Of a stretch of 55,162 nt of DNA, positions 9,132 through 16,129 are shown piece after piece (position 1 is the first letter of the stretch; the number at the start of each line of letters is the position of its first letter). A model generated the notes under the pieces. It did no database searches, was not told the DNA's origin, and worked only from the letters and a program-made list of their open reading frames with translations. The translations under genes were made by a program, and so were the position numbers. This stretch comes from an uncultured Candidatus Saccharibacteria bacterium (lineage in GTDB: Bacteria > Patescibacteriota > Minisyncoccia > Minisyncoccales > Staskawiczbacteraceae). The stretch is from contig CAYOIH010000002.1 in the NCBI GenBank assembly GCA_964404005.1, forward strand, positions 1-55,162, written 5' to 3'.

Positions 9132-10487
9132 TTATCCACTATATATTCTCTGTTTTATTAGGTTTAATTCTTCGGTTAATTTATTATTTTCTTCATTCTC
9201 TTGCAGGATTTTTTTATAAGCATAAATTGCGGTGGTGTGGTCTTTGCCACCAAACTTTCTTGCTATGGCTGGAAATGAGTATTTTAATTCTCTTCTTAAT
9301 AAAAACATCGCGATTTGCCTTGGTTTTACGATCTCCTTTCGTCTTGTCGGATCAAATAAACTTTTTTCTTCCAGATTATAAAATTTAGCGACGGTTTCTA
9401 TTATTTTTTTATAGTTTGCCACGTCAAACGGCGAAAAAACAAAACCCTTAAGCAGTTTTTTAACAATTTCTATGTTTATCTCCTGGTTAATTTTACTGTA
9501 AATTAATATTTTATTTAAGGCCCCCTCTAGTTCCCGAATATTTTTTTTAACATTAGTGGCGATATAATCTAATATGTCTTCGGGAACGTCTGTGTTCTTT
9601 TCTTGAAGTTTTGTTTTTAGAATAACCAATCTTGTTTCATAGTCCGGCAAACTCACGTCTGCAATCATCCCCCCTTCAAATCTGGACCTCAATCTTTCCT
9701 CCAGCTCTGCTATAGCATTTGGTGGCCTGTCTGAAGAAAGAATTATTTGTTTATTTTTTTCATATAAAGAGTTAAAAACATGGAAAAATTCTTCTTGGCT
9801 TTTATTTTTGCCGGCGATAAATTGAATGTCGTCTAAAATTAAAACGTCTATGGGCGCCAGGCTTGCCTTAAAAGATTCCATACTGTTTGTCCTGATGGCA
9901 GAGACAATGCCGGAAACAAATTTTTCCGAGGAAATATATTTTACTTTTTTCTTTTTTGCCTCGTCGTTTATTTTATTCCCGATAGCCTGTATTAGGTGTG
10001 TTTTGCCTAATCCGGTGCCACCATATATAAATAGCGGGTTATAAGTGAGCCCCGGATTATCGGCTACGGCTAGGGCGGCGGCGTGGGCTAATTCATTAAA
10101 AGATCCGACAACAAAATTATTAAATGTATACCGGGGGTTAAGGTTGGTTTCTTTATTTACTTTAAATTCCTCAAATTTTAATTGCACTTCTTCTTGTTTC
10201 TCGCTATTTGAGGCCACTTTGGCCGGGGTATTTTTTGATAATTGAGGTTTTATAATAAAATCTAAATCCTTTATGGAGTCATCTATATCATGCAGGGTTT
10301 TTAAAATTAATTTATTATATTTATTGCTCAGCCACTCTTTAGAAAAGGCGTTGGGGACCGAAATTATTATTTTTTCATTCTCCTTAGATATAATTTCAGT
10401 GTTTTGAAACCAAGTGGCAAAATTAGCCATAGATATATGAAACTGCATTTGTGCTAAAACTGACTGCCAAAGCTCTAAATTATCCAT
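9132..10487 (-). CDS. dnaA: Chromosomal replication initiator DnaA
   Basis: Walker A GGTGLGKTHLIQAIGN, Walker B LILDDIQFIAGK, C-terminal DNA-binding signature GGKDHTTAIYAYKKI. Confidence 0.96.
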   Translation of the reverse strand: MDNLELWQSVLAQMQFHISMANFATWFQNTEIISKENEKIIISVPNAFSKEWLSNKYNKLILKTLHDIDDSIKDLDFIIKPQLSKNTPAKVASNSEKQEEVQLKFEEFKVNKETNLNPRYTFNNFVVGSFNELAHAAALAVADNPGLTYNPLFIYGGTGLGKTHLIQAIGNKINDEAKKKKVKYISSEKFVSGIVSAIRTNSMESFKASLAPIDVLILDDIQFIAGKNKSQEEFFHVFNSLYEKNKQIILSSDRPPNAIAELEERLRSRFEGGMIADVSLPDYETRLVILKTKLQEKNTDVPEDILDYIATNVKKNIRELEGALNKILIYSKINQEINIEIVKKLLKGFVFSPFDVANYKKIIETVAKFYNLEEKSLFDPTRRKEIVKPRQIAMFLLRRELKYSFPAIARKFGGKDHTTAIYAYKKILQENEENNKLTEELNLIKQRIYSG

Positions 10488-10857
10488 AATTATAAGCGAG
10501 AGAAGATTAAATTATTTTTTATATCAACCAAACGATGAATAGTTAAAATTATCTGTGTAATCTGATAAATTGTTTCCAGTAAATACATTTTTCTCTTTTA
10601 TTGAGTCTTTGTCAAATAGAAACAAAATAGAGAGAGGTGTTATTAAACTGTGGATAACTTGTGTGGTTCGTTTTAACGAAGACGCACAATAGAACCGAAG
10701 CTGATTTACAAATTTACTAATTTGCGGCTTCGGATACTAATCTTTTCGTATTTGTATATTAGTAAAAGATTTGTAAATTTGTAGCCCGTCGAGCTTGTAA
10801 TTTTCGGTTTTTTAAACTATACTAATTAATATTATACTTAATTAAAAAATACATACA
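10488..10857. other. Candidate oriC / divergent promoter region between dnaA and rpmH
   Basis: 370-nt AT-rich non-coding spacer in the canonical dnaA|rpmH position. It contains one perfect DnaA box, a stem ccgaagc/gcttcgg (10695-10733) and an AT-rich inverted repeat (atttacaaatttactaat / attagtaaaagatttgtaaat). Confidence 0.6.
10649..10657 (-). promoter_or_regulatory. Perfect DnaA box (TTATCCACA on minus strand)
   Basis: The plus strand reads tgtggataa at 10649-10657. Confidence 0.7.
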
Positions 10858-10992
10858 ATGAGCTCAACATATAAACCAAAAAAGAAGAAAAGAGCCAATA
10901 CGCACGGCTTTTTAAGAAGAAAAAAAACAAAAACCGGCAGGCAGGTGTTGCAGAAAAGGAGGAGAAAGGGAAGAAAAAGAATAGCCATATAA
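10858..10992 (+). CDS. rpmH: 50S ribosomal protein L34
   Basis: Hand translation MSSTYKPKKKKRANTHGFLRRKKTKTGRQVLQKRRRKGRKRIAI*, with the conserved L34 core (THGF..R..T..GR.VL..RR.KGR). Below the ORF-track size cut-off. Confidence 0.93.
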   Translation: MSSTYKPKKKKRANTHGFLRRKKTKTGRQVLQKRRRKGRKRIAI

Positions 10993-10998
10993 AAACTG

Positions 10999-11340
10999 AT
11001 GCTACCCTCAATTAATAGAATAAAAAAGAAAAAAGACTTTGAGGCAATCTTTAAGAAGTCAAAAAGTTTTAAAAACGATATTTTCATTCTAAAAGTGGCA
11101 AAAAATACCCTAGGATTGAACAGGTTTGGGTTTATTGTCAGCTTAAAAATATCAAAAAAAGCGACAATAAGAAATAAAATCAGAAGGAGGTTGGCAGAGG
11201 CGTTTATGGCTAAAGGAAAAAACATAAAACCGGGGACAGACTTAGTTTTAATCGCTTTACCTGGTATAAAAGAGAAGGACTTTTCAGCGATAACGGGCGC
11301 CGTAAAAGACGCCTTGGTCGGGGCGGGGCTCTTCAATTAA
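10999..11340 (+). CDS. rnpA: RNase P protein component
   Basis: Basic 113-aa protein directly after rpmH, with RNR-type motif KKATIRNKIRRRLAEA. Confidence 0.88.
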   Translation: MLPSINRIKKKKDFEAIFKKSKSFKNDIFILKVAKNTLGLNRFGFIVSLKISKKATIRNKIRRRLAEAFMAKGKNIKPGTDLVLIALPGIKEKDFSAITGAVKDALVGAGLFN

Positions 11341-11353
11341 ACAAAAAGAAAAA

Positions 11354-12109
11354 ATGTTTGAATTTGTAGTAAATTTTTTTTATATTATACTGTACCAACC
11401 TCTCTTTAACTCTTTGGTGCTGCTGTATAATTATGTGCCGGGGCATGATTTTGGCATAGCCATAATACTTTTGACTATAATTATCAGATTTATACTTTAC
11501 CCGCTTTCAGTAAAAGCTGTAAATTCCCAAAGAAATCTTCAGAAGCTTCAGCCACTGATGAAGGAAATACAGAATAAATATAAAGACGATAAAGAAAAAC
11601 AGGCAAAGGAAACCTTGGCCCTATATAAAAAAGAAAAAATAAATCCTTTTTCGGGCCTGCTTTTAAGTCTTATACAAATACCTATATTAATAGCGCTTTA
11701 CAGGGTATTTTGGAGCGGATTAAACCCAAAAGAGCTCTCTGTTTTATATAGTTTTATTTCAAATCCCGGGAATATAAATCCTTGGTTTTTATATATAATT
11801 GATTTATCTAAGCCCAATTTAATATTGGCTATTTTTGCCGGCGCGGTGCAGTATTTCCAAACAAAAATGCTGCTTCCTAAAAATGTTCCAAGCGCAGGTG
11901 GACAAGGCAAGGGAGCGGATATGTCTCAAATAATGCAAAAACAAATGACATATTTTATGCCGGTATTTACAGTGATAATACTTATAGGCCTGCCGTCTGC
12001 TTTGGGGTTATATTGGACAACGAGCGGATTATTTTCTATAATTCAGCAGTATTTAATTTTCAGGGGAAAAAAAGTAGGAGGGGTTGAGGGGCGCCCCGTA
12101 AAAACATAA
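11354..12109 (+). CDS. yidC: Membrane protein insertase YidC/Oxa1 (short form)
   Basis: Multi-TM 251 aa. PLMKEIQNKYKDDKEKQAKETLALYKKEKINPFSG is the conserved YidC C1-loop motif. Canonical position after rnpA. Confidence 0.9.
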   Translation: MFEFVVNFFYIILYQPLFNSLVLLYNYVPGHDFGIAIILLTIIIRFILYPLSVKAVNSQRNLQKLQPLMKEIQNKYKDDKEKQAKETLALYKKEKINPFSGLLLSLIQIPILIALYRVFWSGLNPKELSVLYSFISNPGNINPWFLYIIDLSKPNLILAIFAGAVQYFQTKMLLPKNVPSAGGQGKGADMSQIMQKQMTYFMPVFTVIILIGLPSALGLYWTTSGLFSIIQQYLIFRGKKVGGVEGRPVKT

Positions 12110-12112
12110 AAT

Positions 12113-12619
12113 ATGTTAGAACAAAAAGACATAAACAATATTAAAAGGGCGGTAGAGGAATTTTTTGAGAAGATGACAATAACGGTTTATAATATAGACG
12201 CCGATTTGTCGTCCGTAAAAAAAGAGGCCCGAGACGGGCAGGATGTAGTCGAGGAGAACATAGAGGTTATTAATTTAAATATAAGGATGGATGAACCTCA
12301 AATTTTAATTGGCCAGCAAGGGCAGACGCTTTTTGAAATCCAGCGACTTTTACGAGCCATTTTAAGCAGAAGATTACAAGGGGTTTTTTATCTAAATTTA
12401 GACATCAACGATTATAAAAAACAAAAAACAGAATATTTAAAAAATACAGCTGTAGAAATGGCTAATCAGGTGGCCCTATCTAAAAAGGGAAAAGAGCTTC
12501 CGCCGATGTCGTCTTATGAAAGAAGGATTATACATGCAGAATTAGCCGGGAGGACAGATGTTTCCACAGAAAGCCAGGGCGAAGGTCCCGACAGGCATAT
12601 TATAATAAAGCCCAGTTAG
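12113..12619 (+). CDS. jag: Jag/KhpB-type RNA-binding protein (KH + R3H)
   Basis: C-terminal R3H motif MSSYERRIIHAELA; canonical position after yidC. Confidence 0.85.
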   Translation: MLEQKDINNIKRAVEEFFEKMTITVYNIDADLSSVKKEARDGQDVVEENIEVINLNIRMDEPQILIGQQGQTLFEIQRLLRAILSRRLQGVFYLNLDINDYKKQKTEYLKNTAVEMANQVALSKKGKELPPMSSYERRIIHAELAGRTDVSTESQGEGPDRHIIIKPS

Positions 12620-12641
12620 AAACAGAAATAATTCTCTAAAT

Positions 12642-12676
12642 AAAAAAACCGCCTATTTTTATGGGCGGTTTTTTTA
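12642..12676. terminator. Bidirectional intrinsic terminator
   Basis: aaaaaaaccgcc-tatttttat-gggcggttttttt between convergent jag and the last gene of the T4SS-like operon. Confidence 0.8.
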
Positions 12677-12677
12677 T

Positions 12678-13862
12678 TTAGATTATCGGGACAATGGTCA
12701 CACAATTTGGGACTACTCCGCCGTGGTTTCTTATTTCATCCCACTTTATTTGCAGGGGTCCGGTTTTATTTATGTCGTCTGGCGTAGGAAATTCTTGGCA
12801 CGAATCGTTCATAACACTCTTACACGTTTCCCCAGGACCGGCATAACTGAGTAAAACAAGATAATCTTTGCCTATTTTTATAGATGAAATATTTTCACCG
12901 CTAAGGGTCGGGCACCTTCTGCCGTCACTGGCGCATTTTCCGTCTTTATCATATTTTACGCAACTCTGTTCTTCTTCGGGCACGCCACAATTATTTTTTG
13001 CGGGAGAGGATGCGTCGCAATTACCCCCCATTGTAAAAGTTAAATCATCTAATTTTTTTATATAGAGGCCATTGATTTGAGAGCTTGGGACATAAAAATA
13101 TCCTCCGCAATCGTTAAAAAAAGATTTATGGTAAAAATATACCCCGTCGCCGGAAGGGTCAAAATTGTATTGATAAACAGATGCGGACGAAGCCCCAATT
13201 GGGCTTGGTTGACAGCCGCTTGGGTTGATGTACTGGCATTTTCCTTGAAAATTTATTGTCTCATATAAAATTGATACATAATAAGTGTCGTTATCTATGT
13301 CTGGTACGTTTTTTGCAGAATTTACTTTTTTTCTCAATGATGGCCCCAAATCTTTAGCGCTTGATGTATAAAGCTGGGCTTCTGCACCGGAGCATCCGGC
13401 GTTGTTATATAAATAAACGCCCGGAATTTGTTTTACTGCCGGAGCCGTTACTTCTGCGGCCGGTAATGGCGTTGTGGAGAATGCTTTAAGTTGGGGGTTA
13501 ATAGTGGTTATAATTAAATATGTTGAAACTAAAATTAGCAAACCGGATATTGCTCCCGACACCCTGTCTTTTGCGGCTCCCAGCAAGTCAGATTTTATCG
13601 GGGATAAAGCATACATTACCCCGGCGATAGCCAAAGAAATAAAAACAGCGGCAACGCCGACAAGCATTCCGGCATTAAATAAATATATTGCAAAATCAGG
13701 TAATTTTGTTTCAGGAGTTATGGTTTTTCCGGCTATTGTCGGATAACTTTTTACTTCTAACTCCGCCGCCAAAATTTTGTTTGTAGAAAAGCAAGAAAAG
13801 TTTCCACATAAAAAAACCAGGAAAATAACAGCGAGAATAAATTTTTTATATTTTTTTATCAT
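12678..13862 (-). CDS. Pilin-module fusion protein 4 (VirB2/TrbC-like two-TM N-terminus + Cys-containing extracellular domain)
   Basis: Start moved to MIKKYKKFIL (13862) to avoid overlap with the upstream gene. The order is signal peptide, TM1, loop LGAAKDRVSG, TM2, TINP, Pro-rich linker, then PGVYLYNNAGCSG... shared with the two upstream paralogs. Confidence 0.75.
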   Translation of the reverse strand: MIKKYKKFILAVIFLVFLCGNFSCFSTNKILAAELEVKSYPTIAGKTITPETKLPDFAIYLFNAGMLVGVAAVFISLAIAGVMYALSPIKSDLLGAAKDRVSGAISGLLILVSTYLIITTINPQLKAFSTTPLPAAEVTAPAVKQIPGVYLYNNAGCSGAEAQLYTSSAKDLGPSLRKKVNSAKNVPDIDNDTYYVSILYETINFQGKCQYINPSGCQPSPIGASSASVYQYNFDPSGDGVYFYHKSFFNDCGGYFYVPSSQINGLYIKKLDDLTFTMGGNCDASSPAKNNCGVPEEEQSCVKYDKDGKCASDGRRCPTLSGENISSIKIGKDYLVLLSYAGPGETCKSVMNDSCQEFPTPDDINKTGPLQIKWDEIRNHGGVVPNCVTIVPII

Positions 13863-13875
13863 TGTTAATCTTTTT

Positions 13876-14943
13876 TTATTTCGTCGGGATAATATAAATA
13901 TTTTCAACAGTATACCTGGCCGCGACAAACGGTTGCATATTCAGATTGGCCGCACTAGCGCTAAAAACCTGGCAATATCCCGCGCTATATAGGGCGACCA
14001 AATAATTTCCCTTAATATTTATAGAGCCGGGCCCATATTGGAATGTTCCATATAAACCCTTATATTGCGGTAGTGTTTTTTTAGAATATCCGCAGTTGTA
14101 GGAAGAACCGCCTCCTCCAAAATTCAGGTCGTTGGCCTCTATTTGGAGGATGCCGTTTATTTTATTGTTGCCGACCGTGCAAAAACCTTCTCCCCTGTTT
14201 TGCGCTCCGATATTGTATCCATAAGCTTCGCTATAAAAATCAATTCCAGTTCCACTGGGAGATGTATTATTATTTTTATTCAACGCAAAAATATCAACTG
14301 CATAGGCGCCCGTGCCAACCGGTTGGCAACCTTCGTCTATAATGGGCTGACTGCACGGTCCGACATTTTCCAATCCGGCTACGTTGTGAAAAATCACGCC
14401 GTAATAAATATTATTTGTTTTGTCGTTAATAATTTTAATTGATTTTATTTTTCCGGCAAAGGCGCTGTCTATATGGTCTTGCGAGGAAGTATTTGGGCCC
14501 GAGCTGTCTCCCGCGCAGCCGAGCTGTGTATAATAATAAACGCCCGGAATTATCGGCACTGCAATAGCTGGCGTCTCCGGCAATGGAGTCAGCCTTGGGG
14601 TTACAAGCGCAGGATTAATTGTGTACATAATTAAGTAAGCAGTCATTATTAAAATTAGCCCCAAAATAGCGTCTTTCATTCTGTCTTTTGAATTGCCGGC
14701 CAGTTCTGTGTTGTCGCCCGATATTATTAGGCCAACAGCTCCAATAACAAAAGAGATAAGGGCAATGGTCCCGCCAACAGAAATAGCCCAAGAAAAAATA
14801 AAGGTAATATATTTAGGAAGGTCGGGGTTGTCTCCCAATCCCTTGAGCGGAGACTCTAATGTTATAGCAGAAGCAAAAGCGGCGCTTGAAAAAAGAAAAG
14901 CGTTAGAAAAAGAAAAAAATAATAAAAATTTATTCTTCGCCAT
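13876..14943 (-). CDS. Pilin-module fusion protein 3 (paralog)
   Basis: Signal peptide, LPKYITFIFSWAIS..(TM1)..SGDNTELAGNSKDRMKDA..(TM2)..TINP, linker TPRLTPLPETPAIAVP, then PGVYYYTQLGCAGDSSGPNTSSQDHIDSAFAGKIKSIKIIND. Confidence 0.8.
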   Translation of the reverse strand: MAKNKFLLFFSFSNAFLFSSAAFASAITLESPLKGLGDNPDLPKYITFIFSWAISVGGTIALISFVIGAVGLIISGDNTELAGNSKDRMKDAILGLILIMTAYLIMYTINPALVTPRLTPLPETPAIAVPIIPGVYYYTQLGCAGDSSGPNTSSQDHIDSAFAGKIKSIKIINDKTNNIYYGVIFHNVAGLENVGPCSQPIIDEGCQPVGTGAYAVDIFALNKNNNTSPSGTGIDFYSEAYGYNIGAQNRGEGFCTVGNNKINGILQIEANDLNFGGGGSSYNCGYSKKTLPQYKGLYGTFQYGPGSINIKGNYLVALYSAGYCQVFSASAANLNMQPFVAARYTVENIYIIPTK

Positions 14944-14955
14944 ATTAATTGGCCA

Positions 14956-16110
14956 TTATTTTGTGGGGATTATGTAAACAGAGCCCCTCTTGTCGCCAGC
15001 CTCGCCGGCTTGTGCACTAATTTGTTCAGCGTCTAAGTTTTCAACATCTTTAATAAAGGTTTGGCAATCCGCATATTCGGAGTAGGGAGAAGATAAGCCG
15101 TAGACGGCAACCACATAGCTTCCATTTATTTTTATAGACCCGGGACAATCTTGGAATGTTTCACAGGCATTTTTAGAACAATCTATCCCCTCTTTATTGC
15201 CATCAGCGTCAGCAGACTTAGTGGAATCACATTTGTGTTTATACGCATCCAGTCTGTTAATATTTGTATAATCAAATTTTATATTATAAGTGTACAATTT
15301 GGTGATATTAGATATCTCTGTGTCTGTTATTATTTTTTTACCAGCATTAGCTCCCGTAGTCCAGCCGTATGCTTCACTATAAAAATCCACTCCTGTCCCG
15401 AAAGTATTGGGTGTCTTTTTATTTATTAAAAAAATATCAGCGGCAGAAAGGTTTTCCATGCCAGCACTAAAGTTATAACATTCTGTGGCATCTGTAACTG
15501 GGGAGCTGCAGACACCACCGTTTTCAAGCCCGGGAGTTGCGTGGAAAATAGCGCCGTAATAAATGTCTTTGGCCGGGTCATTAATAATTTTAATTGATTT
15601 TATTTTCCCGGCGAAGGCACTATCTATATGGTTTTGGGAAGAAGTATTTGGTCCAGAGCCGGTTCCTTTACAGTTGGACTCCGTATAATAGAAGACGCCC
15701 GTAATTATCGGCGTTGCAATAGCTGGCGCTGCCGGCAATGGGGTTAGTGTTGGAGTTTTAAATACAGGATTAATTGTAGTTAAAATTAAAAGAGAACAGA
15801 GCGTTAATAGCAACCCCATAACAGCTCCCTTCATTCGGTCTTTTGCATTAGAGCTTGCCTCGGTACTGTCGCCCGATATTATCAAACCAACAGCCCCCAC
15901 AATGAAAGAGATAAGAGAAAGAACCCCGGCAATGGAAATGGCCCAGGAAAAAATAAAGGTAATATATTTAGGAAGGTCGGGGTTGTCTCCTAAACCCAAA
16001 TTCACTTCCATTGCAGAAACGAAACAACCACCGCGAAAAAGAAAAGCGGTAAGAAACATTGAAAATATTAAAAATTTATTTTGCGTTGTTGTACTTTTTT
16101 TATGTCTCAT
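14956..16110 (-). CDS. Pilin-module fusion protein 2 (paralog)
   Basis: Same architecture. It shares a 44-nt identical block (15947-15990 vs 14792-14835) and IKSIKIIND with the downstream paralog; the C-terminal third is divergent. Confidence 0.8.
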   Translation of the reverse strand: MRHKKSTTTQNKFLIFSMFLTAFLFRGGCFVSAMEVNLGLGDNPDLPKYITFIFSWAISIAGVLSLISFIVGAVGLIISGDSTEASSNAKDRMKGAVMGLLLTLCSLLILTTINPVFKTPTLTPLPAAPAIATPIITGVFYYTESNCKGTGSGPNTSSQNHIDSAFAGKIKSIKIINDPAKDIYYGAIFHATPGLENGGVCSSPVTDATECYNFSAGMENLSAADIFLINKKTPNTFGTGVDFYSEAYGWTTGANAGKKIITDTEISNITKLYTYNIKFDYTNINRLDAYKHKCDSTKSADADGNKEGIDCSKNACETFQDCPGSIKINGSYVVAVYGLSSPYSEYADCQTFIKDVENLDAEQISAQAGEAGDKRGSVYIIPTK

Positions 16111-16129
16111 ATTTTTTATTAATTTTTAA

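Noticed and set aside
9132-9139. ttatccac DnaA-box-like sequence at the 3' end of dnaA.
   Set aside because: It has one mismatch to the 9-mer, overlaps the dnaA stop codon, and is isolated. It was not counted as an origin element.
10842-11336. 164-aa minus-strand hydrophobic ORF.
   Set aside because: It is antisense to rpmH and rnpA, both of which are recognised with confidence.
13876-16110. Repeated blocks in the pilin-fusion genes considered as a possible CRISPR or other repeat array.
   Set aside because: The repeats are in-frame paralogous coding sequence with ~1.1-kb periodicity, not short direct repeats with spacers. No CRISPR array or cas gene is present anywhere in the window.
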